Below are positions 1-9,805 of a DNA stretch of 64,000 bases, piece by piece. This stretch comes from Candidatus Moraniibacteriota bacterium (GTDB lineage: Bacteria; Patescibacteriota; Minisyncoccia; Moranbacterales; UBA1568): the NCBI GenBank assembly GCA_016699385.1, contig CP064974.1, positions 532,466 to 596,465 on the forward strand. Reading direction: 5' to 3'. Both the position numbers and the translations under genes were made by a program. The stretch's first letter is position 1, and every line of letters begins with the position of its first letter. Under the pieces are notes generated by a model that did not search any database, was not told where the DNA came from, and saw only the letters and a program-made list of their open reading frames with translations.

Positions 1-1682
1 ATATCGGGGCGCTTTCGCTTTGGCGCAATGAGGAAGGGGTATTTCTCTGCCCACGAGCCAACCAAGACATCAAGCAGTGTCCGTGTAAGCACAATTGCCG
101 TAAACATCGAAAACAAAACGCCAAGCAAAAGAATAAGAGCAAATCCCTTCACAAAACCCGTCCCAAGCCATATAAGGATAAGACACGTCAGCAATGTCGA
201 ATAATTACCATCACGTATCGATGGCCATGCTCGTCGAAATCCCTCCTCAATCGCTTTTGAGAGATGTTTGCCCTGCTTCATTTCTTCCCATGTCCGTTCA
301 AAGATGAGGATATTCGCATCGACCGCCATACCGATTGACAATACAAAACCGGCGATACCCGCAAGCGAAAGTGTGATAGGAAATGGCGTGAGACTCGAGA
401 GTTTGAATACCGCAAAGAGAAGTCCTGCATAGAGCGAAAGCGTAAACGCAGCAACCAAGCCGAAGAATCGGTAATAGAGAATGACAAACAACATCACAGC
501 GCCAATGCCAATCATGCCGGCAAAAAGACTCTGTCGAAGTGAAAGTTCACCCAAAGATGCCGACACGGTTTGCTGTCCGATGAGCGTAATCGGTGCCGGA
601 AGCGCCCCCTCATTGAGTCGCGAGACAAGTGCCTTTGCTTCCGCAAGCGTGTAGTTTCCAGTGATAACCGCCTGTCCATTCGGAATCTCCGCCTGCACTG
701 TCGGTGCACTGATAATCTGCCCGTCCAAGAGAATCGCGATTTGCTTGCCAATATCGCGTTTTGTCAGCTCAGCAAAGAGCTTTGCTCCCTCGGCATCAAA
801 CTGAAGCGAGACCTGAGGAAGACCGAGCCCCTGCCCCCCACCATAGTCCACAAATGCGTTCTTGAGATTTTTCCCAGAAAGCCCCGTTGATTTGAATCTC
901 GCCGTCTCAGGAAGTCTCTCAAGAGTTTGTTTTGGGAAGAGAATATGCGAAGCGCGAACTCTATAGTCATCACCCTCGCCTTTTTCATCGGTCTTCTTGA
1001 TAATGTGCCAGCCAAAAGGCGACTCTACCAAATCCGGCCATACGGTGCCAACTTTGAAATCAGGGTTGAAGAGTACATCATCGAATTCCTTCACAAATTG
1101 CCCCTTCGCCACAAAGTCCAAATCTCCGCCCTTGTCAGCAGAACCAGGATCTTTACTCTCTGTCTTTGCCAATTCCGCAAAATCCTCCCCTTTCTTGACG
1201 CGCTCAAGCACCACGTCCGCCTGCTTCTTCGAAGCATCGTTCAAAACATCAAGCTGTTTCTGAACTTCCTCGGTGTTGTCCTCTTGGAATTCGAGATACG
1301 GCGTTTCTTTGAGCATTTTCTTTGCCTCGTCCACATCCTTGACGCCCGGCAACTCCACGATAATACGGTCTTCGCTCCCCGCACGCGAAAGTTGTACCAA
1401 AGGCTCCCCTACACCAAAAGCATTCACTCGTCGCTCTATCACGGCGAGCGCCGCCTGAAGCGCATCGGCGCGCTTCTCTTCGGGAATCTGCGAAGTGTCT
1501 ACTGCGTATTCGAGGTGAATACCACCCTGCAAATCAAGCCCGAGATTGATACGCAATCCCGAGACTGCCGACCCAAGCCACGGCACGCGCGACACAGCAC
1601 GCGGATAGGCAATGACTCCCGCAAAAACCGTCAGAAGAATAACTCCGAACAACCGGAGTCGAAGTGAACGTCGTCTATTCAT
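1..1682 (-). CDS. secD: Protein-export membrane protein SecD (partial, runs off window) with embedded PpiC/parvulin-like domain
   Basis: Minus-strand ATG at 1682. I verified by hand MNRRRSLRLRLFGVILLTVFAGVIAYPRAVSRVPWLGSAVSGLRINLGLDLQGGIHLEY (LGLDLQGG SecD signature). Further downstream I read VIERRVNAFGVGEPLVQLSRAG, then a PpiC-like stretch KGGDLDF...FGWHIIKK...RASHILF (around 900-1200), then a TM-rich C-terminus. The frame is open to position 1; it is absent from the ORF track because no stop falls inside the window. Confidence 0.8.
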   Translation of the reverse strand, partial: MNRRRSLRLRLFGVILLTVFAGVIAYPRAVSRVPWLGSAVSGLRINLGLDLQGGIHLEYAVDTSQIPEEKRADALQAALAVIERRVNAFGVGEPLVQLSRAGSEDRIIVELPGVKDVDEAKKMLKETPYLEFQEDNTEEVQKQLDVLNDASKKQADVVLERVKKGEDFAELAKTESKDPGSADKGGDLDFVAKGQFVKEFDDVLFNPDFKVGTVWPDLVESPFGWHIIKKTDEKGEGDDYRVRASHILFPKQTLERLPETARFKSTGLSGKNLKNAFVDYGGGQGLGLPQVSLQFDAEGAKLFAELTKRDIGKQIAILLDGQIISAPTVQAEIPNGQAVITGNYTLAEAKALVSRLNEGALPAPITLIGQQTVSASLGELSLRQSLFAGMIGIGAVMLFVILYYRFFGLVAAFTLSLYAGLLFAVFKLSSLTPFPITLSLAGIAGFVLSIGMAVDANILIFERTWEEMKQGKHLSKAIEEGFRRAWPSIRDGNYSTLLTCLILIWLGTGFVKGFALILLLGVLFSMFTAIVLTRTLLDVLVGSWAEKYPFLIAPKRKRPD

Positions 1683-1810
1683 AATACGCCCAGTATACGA
1701 AGTTCCTCGACTCCCTGCAACCCTTGACGTTTTTCCAAGTATATGAAAAGGCGGGTGTATTGCTACAACCCGCCTCACTGTTAAACTCTCCTCCTATCCT
1801 AGTCCATCTC

Positions 1811-1927
1811 CTAACTGTAGAGACGAAGCACTATGTCGAGAAGGAGAGAAACGAACGCGACTACAAGGAGAGTCGCTATCAGCTGCTCTTCCGTGAAACG
1901 TCTAATAAACTTTTCAAAGATTTTCAT
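1811..1927 (-). CDS. small hydrophobic protein (38 aa)
   Basis: ATG at 1927. MKIFEKFIRRFTEEQLIATLLVVAFVSLLLDIVLRLYS, a single predicted TM helix, directly upstream of secD. Length alone makes it uncertain. Confidence 0.3.
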   Translation of the reverse strand: MKIFEKFIRRFTEEQLIATLLVVAFVSLLLDIVLRLYS

Positions 1928-2156
1928 CTTACCCTCCAATTAGGAACGATACGAAATCGCTGCTGGCAATCGATGTAGGCACTCAGTGGATACTGCATGG
2001 ACCATTTCCAACAGTGCAAGTTGGTCAAACGCGTATCAACGAGAGACTCGCCGCTCATGGGCATAATCATTCTTGAAAAAAGATGCCATCCAAAAATGAT
2101 GAGCAAAACCACCAGAGCGAGCCACCAAAGAAACTTGTCCTCCGATCGAGATCGCA

Positions 2157-2609
2157 TCACCTCGGCGCCTTTCTTGCCTTTGCCGTATTTGTCCGATACC
2201 GCTGACTCGCAACGCGATTTTCCCGATTATCGCGATCGTGACGTAACGATACAGCGTGATTCACTTCGGGACGAAGCGCTTCAGCCTCTTGACAAGCGCG
2301 ATATTCAAGAAATTTCGCTGTTCTCCTTCGGTATACAGCGCGGCATTTTGGAAAAGTTTTTCCAAAATAAAGCGCATCACGCTCCCGATGAGATAGATTT
2401 TTCCTCATCTCATCACCAAGGCACTTCCTATACACGAGCAGTGAATTGTCATCTGGCGCATAGAACCGTTCACATACTTCCTTAGGCATTCCATGAGCTT
2501 GATAAGGGGAAATTGCCCCCTGAATATCTTGTTTCAATCCATTGAGCGTTCCACAGCCCGAAACTACCACAGCAAAGAAGAACACCACGAGGGACCGGAA
2601 AAGACTCAT
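2157..2609 (-). CDS. putative lipoprotein (entericidin-like N-terminus, Arg-rich tail)
   Basis: Signal peptide plus lipobox-like VVSGCG, then GTLNGLKQDIQGA, which resembles the EcnA/B family. The C-terminal 100 aa are low complexity, so the true gene may be shorter. Confidence 0.35.
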   Translation of the reverse strand: MSLFRSLVVFFFAVVVSGCGTLNGLKQDIQGAISPYQAHGMPKEVCERFYAPDDNSLLVYRKCLGDEMRKNLSHRERDALYFGKTFPKCRAVYRRRTAKFLEYRACQEAEALRPEVNHAVSLRHDRDNRENRVASQRYRTNTAKARKAPR

Positions 2610-2678
2610 TTTTAAATTACTCCTTTTTGACCGAAATTGGTCCTCTCTTTTTTAGCACAATTCACTTATAAAGTCAAG

Positions 2679-3200
2679 CTATCTTGACAGAATACGTTGT
2701 GCCAGACGGAGGAGCTCTTTGGCATTTTCGAATGTTGCACGTTCAACTGCTGTTTCAAAAGGAAGCCATGCAAAATCAAGATGCTCATCGGACAGTCGGA
2801 CCGATGTCGAGTCCATACTCTCCGCCAAGAAAAAATGTACGGTTTTGAATATCCACAGTGCGCGACCCTCCTGAAGACGGCGTTTGCGTTCACTCCCCTT
2901 CGCGGTGTAGAAGAAATGCACTCTCCGGTGAAAGGGCGCGACCAAGCGCAAGCGCGTCAGACCAGTTTCCTCTTCGGTTTCCCGACGCGCCGCTTCTTCC
3001 AATGTTTCGCCCAACTCCACATGTCCCTTGGCAAAGTCCCAGTGCCGATGACGATATTGCAAAAGAAGAAAACGCCGTGTGCTGTCCGACTCGCGCCGAA
3101 ACACTACTGCTCCCGCCGACACCTCATAGGCAATCGGGAGGCCAAGTACATGATCTATCCCCGGTTTATTGTTGAATAATTTCATACCACTCAAGTACAT
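2679..3200 (-). CDS. NUDIX hydrolase
   Basis: Nudix box GHVELGETLEEAARRETEEETGL (GX5EX7REUXEEXGU). The true start is probably MKLFNN at about 3185. Confidence 0.85.
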   Translation of the reverse strand: MYLSGMKLFNNKPGIDHVLGLPIAYEVSAGAVVFRRESDSTRRFLLLQYRHRHWDFAKGHVELGETLEEAARRETEEETGLTRLRLVAPFHRRVHFFYTAKGSERKRRLQEGRALWIFKTVHFFLAESMDSTSVRLSDEHLDFAWLPFETAVERATFENAKELLRLAQRILSR

Positions 3201-3201
3201 T

Positions 3202-3999
3202 TCAAAAAAGAACGGGCTTCTTCGCCACCTTGTCTATTAGAACAGGCTCTCGATGAAGGAAACTCAGATGCTCACGAACAGCCATACTGGCGAGCCTCGC
3301 AAAAACATGGTGTTCGCCAAAGCGATCAATGCGCGATTCTTCCACAAGCTTGCCACTATGCCACACGCAAAAAGATTCGCCAGTCGCCACTCGTTTCACA
3401 TCTCGGGCTTGCCAATCACACGCGAGCGAAAGTCCAAAAGATACACGCTTCCCCGGAAACGACTCGGCAATCTTTCGAAGCCGCATTGAATCACCGTTAA
3501 ACACGAGAAGACCATCCCGCTTCATGCTTCGCACCAAAAGTCCATATTCTTTCATCATAGCATTGATGTCAGAAAAATGCTCCGCGTATCGCTGTGTCAC
3601 CCCTGTCAACACGACGATATCTGGATGAACGATGGAGAGAAGATACCGCATATCACCCCGATTCGACATACCAAATTCAAGAACAAGCACCTCGGGGAAT
3701 GGCCAGTGGAACACGCTACGAATCGATTGAGAGAGGATGGGGAGCCAGGCACGATAGTCGCCATACCCACTCGGAAGTCCGAGTATCGAGAGAGGGAGTC
3801 CGACATCTGTATTGAAGTTTCTCGGTGTCACACGCACCGAAAACGGCGCATTTCTCAATACTGCCTGCACCTCGTCTTTTACAAAAGATTTATTCGTCGA
3901 ACCCGCAAGAGCAATCACTCGAGGACGATGAAGAAAGAGCGTGAGTTTTGCTGCACATTTGAGAAAAGACCGCAAGAAAAATTTCAGAAGAGAACGCAT
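3202..3999 (-). CDS. Mur ligase family protein, truncated MurF paralog with degenerate P-loop
   Basis: Block-wise similarity to the murF at 34220..35596: RVIALAGSTNKS vs IVLGITGSVGKSS; NFNTDVGLPLSIL vs NFNNEIGIPLTII; LVLEFGMSNRGDMRYLL vs LILELGIDRIGDMEYLL. It lacks the C-terminal domain (265 aa). The Gly to Asn change in the P-loop means it may be a pseudoenzyme or pseudogene. Confidence 0.7.
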   Translation of the reverse strand: MRSLLKFFLRSFLKCAAKLTLFLHRPRVIALAGSTNKSFVKDEVQAVLRNAPFSVRVTPRNFNTDVGLPLSILGLPSGYGDYRAWLPILSQSIRSVFHWPFPEVLVLEFGMSNRGDMRYLLSIVHPDIVVLTGVTQRYAEHFSDINAMMKEYGLLVRSMKRDGLLVFNGDSMRLRKIAESFPGKRVSFGLSLACDWQARDVKRVATGESFCVWHSGKLVEESRIDRFGEHHVFARLASMAVREHLSFLHREPVLIDKVAKKPVLF

Positions 4000-4161
4000 A
4001 GAAAAAATGCTTCAACGGAAGAAATGACTCGATTGAAAAAATATCAAAAAGATACACCACTCTCATTGTCTTTCAGAAAAAATCATTTTTTACTTGTCTC
4101 CACCTGTTCCAAAAGCCACAAAAAATAATTCTTCCTGAAAAACAATCCTTGCCAACAGACT

Positions 4162-5397
4162 CTAAAAAGAGCGCGGTCGACATATGGTCTCGATGCGATC
4201 GAAAGCACGATTGATTTCTTCTTCTGTCTTACCAAAACTTAACCGGATATGCCCTTCGCCATTGCGACCAAAGGCAACACCTGGCACTGTGACGACCTGC
4301 ACCGACGCAAGAAGTCCAAGCGCCGTGCGCCACGAGAGACTCTCTGGGAATTCACCACTCTCTTCAAAAAGATCTGCACGCAATACTTTTGGGAACACGT
4401 AGTAGGCGCTCGTTGGCTTTTGGTACTGGAAGAATTCCGAGAGCGCATCCAATCGAGAACAGAGAAGATCTCGTCGTGACCGATAGCATTCATTGAACCG
4501 AGCCACGTCATCCTCTGCTGTCTCAAGTGCACCCATTGCTGCATATTGTGACACAACCGGTGCGCACGTGACGAGCGAGTCATGCACTTTGAGAATTTCC
4601 GCAACGATTGATTGGTCGCTATGCAAATAACCAACCCGCCACCCCGTCATGGCATAGGTCTTGGAAAAGCTAAACAATCGAATCACTCGCTTGCGAAGCG
4701 CGGGAATCTCGGCAAGACTAAACAACTTTTCAGCCTCATCAAAAACCAAATCTTTGTACACTTCGTCGGAAATGAGAAAGAGATTGTGCTTTTCGGCGAG
4801 ACGTGCCAATCCCAAAAGCTGCTCTTTGGTATAGGTCGTACCCGTCGGATTATTGGGATTACAATAGAAAATTGCTTTGGTCTTTGGCGTAATCGCCTGC
4901 TCATATTTCTCCAATTCAAACGCCCAACCATTCTCCTCATGAAGCGGAACAAATACCGGGACGCATCCAGCAAGTACGATGACTTCGCGATACGAAGTAT
5001 AGGTCGGTTCAGGAATAATCACTTCGTCTCCCGGATTTGTGATGGCAAGAATCGTCGCCGTAATACCCTCAATAGACCCGGCTGTCACGACGATTTCTTT
5101 CTGCCAATCATAGAACATATTCTCGCGCGCCAGACACACCTCGATAAGCTCACGAAGCTCCGGTAATCCTGGCGAGAGCGAATAGCGCGCGACCACGCCA
5201 TCACGAAGCGCTCGCTCCACTCGCCGCTTGATACACGAAGGCGTGTCAAAACTCGGCACTCCCTGCGCAAGCGAAATCGCATCCGGAAATTTCGACGCCC
5301 GAAGTTCCATTTGCTTGATCACCGAAAGTCGAAGATCTTTGGTTCGTTCAAACACACGCTCTACACAAATAAAATGAAATTCTCGAAAAGCACACAC
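4162..5397 (-). CDS. PLP-dependent aminotransferase class I/II (aspartate aminotransferase-like)
   Basis: NPNNPTGTTYTKEQL, SFSKTYAMTGWRVGY (PLP-lysine region) and the GVPSFDTP N-terminal motif. The true start may lie downstream (MELRASK at about 5313). Confidence 0.85.
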   Translation of the reverse strand: MCAFREFHFICVERVFERTKDLRLSVIKQMELRASKFPDAISLAQGVPSFDTPSCIKRRVERALRDGVVARYSLSPGLPELRELIEVCLARENMFYDWQKEIVVTAGSIEGITATILAITNPGDEVIIPEPTYTSYREVIVLAGCVPVFVPLHEENGWAFELEKYEQAITPKTKAIFYCNPNNPTGTTYTKEQLLGLARLAEKHNLFLISDEVYKDLVFDEAEKLFSLAEIPALRKRVIRLFSFSKTYAMTGWRVGYLHSDQSIVAEILKVHDSLVTCAPVVSQYAAMGALETAEDDVARFNECYRSRRDLLCSRLDALSEFFQYQKPTSAYYVFPKVLRADLFEESGEFPESLSWRTALGLLASVQVVTVPGVAFGRNGEGHIRLSFGKTEEEINRAFDRIETICRPRSF

Positions 5398-5400
5398 CTG

Positions 5401-6654
5401 CTATTCCCCGCGTATCGCTCGTATCGGATCTATCTTCGACGCCTTCCATGCCGGATAGGTTCCAAAGACAATACCCGAAAGAAAGGCAAACGCAATGGCA
5501 AAAAGGAGATTCCGAAGCGAGAATACGAATGCAAGCGGAAAGCCAAGTGCCGCAATTGCTGAGAAAGCAAAGAAGATAATCACAAACGACAGCACGATGC
5601 CAATCACACCACCCGCAATCGCTACCAAGACTGCCTCGACCAAAAACTGCCGCAAAATATCCCGCGGTCGTGCCCCAACCGCCTTGCGCAATCCAATCTC
5701 CGGCGTCCGCTCCGCAACCGAAACAAACATCACATTCATAATACCCACCCCGCCAACGACGAGCGATATCGAAGCAAGTGCCACCAAGAGAATCCGTACC
5801 GCTCCAAACACCGACTGCACAAGTGTCTGTGCTTCCTTGATCGTCGTCACTGCATAGTCTTCTTGCCCTGCCTTCCGAATATCGTGCCGATCCCGCAAGA
5901 GATCATTTATTTCTCGAGCCGTCTCATCGACACGCGACCCATCCTGCGTCGCCACCGTAATGAAGCTCACGTAGTCAACGCCGAGAATTTTCTTCTGCAT
6001 GGTACGAATCGGAATATACGCGAAATCGTCGAAATTGACAAACCCCGTCGAACCCCGCTCCTTGATCACTCCTGCAACGCGGTATCGCTGACCCTTAATT
6101 GTAATCGACTGCCCCACCGCCGAACTCTCTCCGAAAAAAGTTTTCTTCACTCCCGCACCAAGTACAACTGTCTGCGCAATACCCCGATCATCGGCTGTTG
6201 AATAGAAACTTCCTTCAGTCAATACGATGTTTTTGTCTATCTGTGGTGCACCTGCCGTCGCCCCAAGGAGAAAAACTTGCTTATTTGTTTCCTGTCGACT
6301 CGCGAGCGCCTGTCCAATAATGCCTGCATAGTACCCCAACACATTCGGCAAACGAGCAATGGCATCCGCATCATCGAGCGTAAGTGTCGTCACTTGTATA
6401 CCCTGTGCAATACCCGCCGCATTCCCCGATGAATTTCGCCCCGCCGAGGGAACTTTTACCTCAACCTGAATACTATTGTCCCCAAAGCTTTTCACCTGAT
6501 CAAGGACAAATCCTTCAACTGCATCCCCCGCCGACGCCACCGTCATGATGGCGATAGTACCGATAATAACACCAGAGAGTGTGAGAAGCGTCCTTCCGGC
6601 ATTCGCCGTAAGACTCTTGACCGCAAAAGAAAGCGAAAGAAGAAGCTCATGCAT
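5401..6654 (-). CDS. ABC transporter permease, MacB/FtsX family
   Basis: N-terminal TM, MacB-type periplasmic domain, and C-terminal FtsX 4-TM region (GLRKAVGARPRDILRQFLVEA...). Confidence 0.85.
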   Translation of the reverse strand: MHELLLSLSFAVKSLTANAGRTLLTLSGVIIGTIAIMTVASAGDAVEGFVLDQVKSFGDNSIQVEVKVPSAGRNSSGNAAGIAQGIQVTTLTLDDADAIARLPNVLGYYAGIIGQALASRQETNKQVFLLGATAGAPQIDKNIVLTEGSFYSTADDRGIAQTVVLGAGVKKTFFGESSAVGQSITIKGQRYRVAGVIKERGSTGFVNFDDFAYIPIRTMQKKILGVDYVSFITVATQDGSRVDETAREINDLLRDRHDIRKAGQEDYAVTTIKEAQTLVQSVFGAVRILLVALASISLVVGGVGIMNVMFVSVAERTPEIGLRKAVGARPRDILRQFLVEAVLVAIAGGVIGIVLSFVIIFFAFSAIAALGFPLAFVFSLRNLLFAIAFAFLSGIVFGTYPAWKASKIDPIRAIRGE

Positions 6655-6783
6655 ATGTAATCAGAACCAGTAAAAAGCACGCTAACACTCGTATTATACC
6701 AGACGAAGAAGTGCTCCCTCCGAACATTTCACTACGAAGTTTTTCTAGGGTACTAGAAAAGAGGTTCTACATTCTTGACGTCA

Positions 6784-8031
6784 CTATTCATACCGAAGTG
6801 CTTCCATGGGGGATACTTTGGCGGCGCGGCGAGCGGGGTAGAGTCCGAAGATGATGCCAATGAGAAGTGAGACAATGAAAGCAATGCCCGCAGCTTGGAA
6901 AGTAAGAAGAAATGTCCATTCATAGCCTGCCGCACGAATACCGACCGCCGAGAGATAGGTAAGCACCACACCGAGGACGAAGCCAAAGAATCCGCCAAGG
7001 AGAGAGAGAAACACTGCCTCGGTGAGAAATTGCACAAGGATATCCGCATCGCGCGCTCCAACTGCCTTGCGCAACCCCACCTCACGGATACGTTGCTTGA
7101 GAGCGATGAGCATGATATTCATAATGCCAATACCGCCAACAAAAAGTGAGATACCGGCAACGAAAGAGAGGAAGTATTTGAGCACATCGGTAATCGATCC
7201 CAGTATCGAGATAGCATCTGCCGTATTGCGAATCGAAAAATCATCCGGCGATGTAGATTTGATACTGTGTCGATCGCGAAGGAGTGTACGTATCGTAGCA
7301 ACTGTATACGGAATGTTTTTCTCTTCATCCACCTTGAGTCGCGCGAAGTTCAGATAGTCGATGCCGAGCAAAATTTTCTGCGCCGTTTCGAGTGGGATAT
7401 ATATAGTCGTGTCCGTATTCGAAAAACTTGAGCTTCCTTTCGATTCCAAAACACCGACCACAGTGAAACTCACATCACCCAAAGAAAATCGTTTTCCAAT
7501 CGGGTCTTCGGTTGAAAATAAATCCGTCGCACGGGTCGATCCCAAAACCGCGACGCGACCAAGTCCGGACGCTTCTTCAACGGAAAAGAAACGCCCCTTT
7601 GAAACCGGCAGGTTTTCTACCTGAGGAAGCGCTGCGGATGCCCCCTGATACGACACGGACATCGACTCCCCCTGAAAAGTCGCTATGGCCGATCCCGTCA
7701 CATACCCCGATCCGGCAACTATGTGCGGCACGCGACTTTTCTGCAAAATCGCATCGAGATCTTTGTTGGTAAATGTCGTCGTAACAACGCCGAAAACACT
7801 CGCGGGCGGCCCCTTTGGATCGGACGCACCCGGCAAAACGGCAATGAGGTTTGACCCGACACTACGAATCTGTCCCAAGATGAAATCTTGCGCCGACGCA
7901 CCGATAGACATGACGAGAAACACCGCGGCGATGCCGATTACCATGCCAAGCACGGTGAGAAATGTGCGCCCCTTCGCCGCAGAAAGATTCCGCACAGCAA
8001 CACGAATAGATTGGAATATTCTCCGAAACAT
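6784..8031 (-). CDS. ABC transporter permease, MacB/FtsX family (tandem paralog)
   Basis: Same architecture as the 5401..6654 permease (GLRKAVGARDADILVQFLTEA...). No ATPase gene is adjacent in this window. Confidence 0.85.
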   Translation of the reverse strand: MFRRIFQSIRVAVRNLSAAKGRTFLTVLGMVIGIAAVFLVMSIGASAQDFILGQIRSVGSNLIAVLPGASDPKGPPASVFGVVTTTFTNKDLDAILQKSRVPHIVAGSGYVTGSAIATFQGESMSVSYQGASAALPQVENLPVSKGRFFSVEEASGLGRVAVLGSTRATDLFSTEDPIGKRFSLGDVSFTVVGVLESKGSSSFSNTDTTIYIPLETAQKILLGIDYLNFARLKVDEEKNIPYTVATIRTLLRDRHSIKSTSPDDFSIRNTADAISILGSITDVLKYFLSFVAGISLFVGGIGIMNIMLIALKQRIREVGLRKAVGARDADILVQFLTEAVFLSLLGGFFGFVLGVVLTYLSAVGIRAAGYEWTFLLTFQAAGIAFIVSLLIGIIFGLYPARRAAKVSPMEALRYE

Positions 8032-8054
8032 GCTCCCAGTATAGCACTTCTCAT

Positions 8055-9800
8055 TTATCCAAACGTAAAGGCGTACACATCGGCATTGCCATCCTCAAAT
8101 TCAAGCCGAAGAAGATGCCGACCCGGAATGGAAAGATGGATCAAATGGTACAACCGATCGGCATTGACCGTTATAATTCCATCTTGATTGTCCGCTCCAA
8201 AGTCTTGTGCCATACCGTCAAGCAACACGCGAACACGCGCCGGACTCCCTGCAGTCTTCGGTCGCATCACCAAGAAAACATCTTGAGCGTCCACGCTGAA
8301 GAGAAGTGCCGAACCCGCCGACGGTGTCGCGTATTCTCCCGACACATTCCACTCCCCGGAGAAAGCAAGTTTGTCGGAAGGAATTTTTGCTGGTGCCGTA
8401 TAGGTAGATGCCGCATCGTGGCGAACAGGCTCGGGAGAGATGAAACGATCGAGTCGCGCATAGCCCACATAACTCTCCGGTGTTTTTGCTGAAACGGTAT
8501 AGGAAGGATTATCCGTCGACTCCGGCACATTTTGCTCCCCCGCTTCCCGCAGCAGTTCTTGGATAACATGCTCGCTTTCGTCATAACCACCCTCGCCGAA
8601 ATGGTGATAGCGGATATTGCCTCCCGCATCAATGAAGTACTTCGCCGGCCAATAGTGATTGCCATACGCTTGCCACGTTGCAAAGTCATTGTCCTGCACG
8701 ACTGGATAGGTGAGACCAAAATCGGCAACCGCTTTGCGAACATTGTCAGCATTTTTCTCAAATTCAAATTCTGGCGCGTGCACACCGATAATCACAAGTC
8801 CCTTGTCGGCATACTTCTCATTCCAGGCGCGCAGATACGGAAGCGTCCGCTGACAATTGATACACGAATAGGTCCAGAAATCGACAAGCACGACCTTACC
8901 GCGAAGCTCTTTGAGTGAGAGCGGCTTACTATTTATCCAGACGCCTCCAGGGATAATCTCCGGCGCCGGGACACCCTTTGGCTGCAAATCAAAGAGTGGT
9001 TTCCCTGTCATATTTGTACTCGAATTTTCTTCCGTTGATTGGTCACCGCGAAGTTTTCCCAATTCACTTTGAATGAATCCTTTGTCCTCAAACGACGTCA
9101 AACCAGAACCGTAATTGGGAAAAACGGTCAGGATAAATGTCTGAAATTTCCGATCCGCATTCACCAATATCGCAAAGGCTGTAAGCACCATAATAACGCC
9201 AAATGCTCGCTGAATGGTCGCGCCATGAGACAAGAGCCATGGCACACGTTGAAGAAGTGCTCGACCGCCCCACATTACAAGAAACATCGGAAGCGCCGCC
9301 CCTGCCGAATATGCGAGGGTGAGAATAAAAGCGGAAAACGACACTGCTCCAGTCACTGCAAGCGTGATCACCGATGCAAGGATTGGTCCGACACAGGGCG
9401 TCCAGAGAAGTCCGAGTGAAAAGCCAATCAACAAACCAGACAGAAATCCACTTTCGGAAGAAGCGGTCGGAACGAATCGAGTAAACTTGGAAGTAAGTCC
9501 CTCCAGGAAGAGTTGCACGCGCGGCACCAAGAGCGAAAATCCAAACCCGGCAATCACAATCACCGAGAGAAGCCGCAGCGTATCAGCGGACACTCCAAGT
9601 GCATTCACAATCGCCGAGAGAAACAACGTAAAGAGCGTGAAACTCGAAACAAATCCAACGACAACGCCGATTGGTCGCGATTTCCCCACCGACACACCGC
9701 CGATACCGGACGACAAAATAATTGGCAAAACAGGAAGAATACACGGCGAAAGTACCGTCACAACGCCTGCCGCAAAAGCAAAAAGAACGAGCAATATCAT
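8055..9800 (-). CDS. DipZ-like cytochrome c biogenesis protein: CcdA/DsbD TM domain fused to TlpA/ResA-type thioredoxin plus C-terminal domain
   Basis: N-terminal VLSPCILPVLP (CcdA Cys motif) with multi-TM. Middle VDFWTYSCINCQ thioredoxin CxxC. An extra C-terminal domain of about 150 aa, as in mycobacterial DipZ. Confidence 0.8.
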   Translation of the reverse strand: MILLVLFAFAAGVVTVLSPCILPVLPIILSSGIGGVSVGKSRPIGVVVGFVSSFTLFTLFLSAIVNALGVSADTLRLLSVIVIAGFGFSLLVPRVQLFLEGLTSKFTRFVPTASSESGFLSGLLIGFSLGLLWTPCVGPILASVITLAVTGAVSFSAFILTLAYSAGAALPMFLVMWGGRALLQRVPWLLSHGATIQRAFGVIMVLTAFAILVNADRKFQTFILTVFPNYGSGLTSFEDKGFIQSELGKLRGDQSTEENSSTNMTGKPLFDLQPKGVPAPEIIPGGVWINSKPLSLKELRGKVVLVDFWTYSCINCQRTLPYLRAWNEKYADKGLVIIGVHAPEFEFEKNADNVRKAVADFGLTYPVVQDNDFATWQAYGNHYWPAKYFIDAGGNIRYHHFGEGGYDESEHVIQELLREAGEQNVPESTDNPSYTVSAKTPESYVGYARLDRFISPEPVRHDAASTYTAPAKIPSDKLAFSGEWNVSGEYATPSAGSALLFSVDAQDVFLVMRPKTAGSPARVRVLLDGMAQDFGADNQDGIITVNADRLYHLIHLSIPGRHLLRLEFEDGNADVYAFTFG

Positions 9801-9805
9801 AGGAG

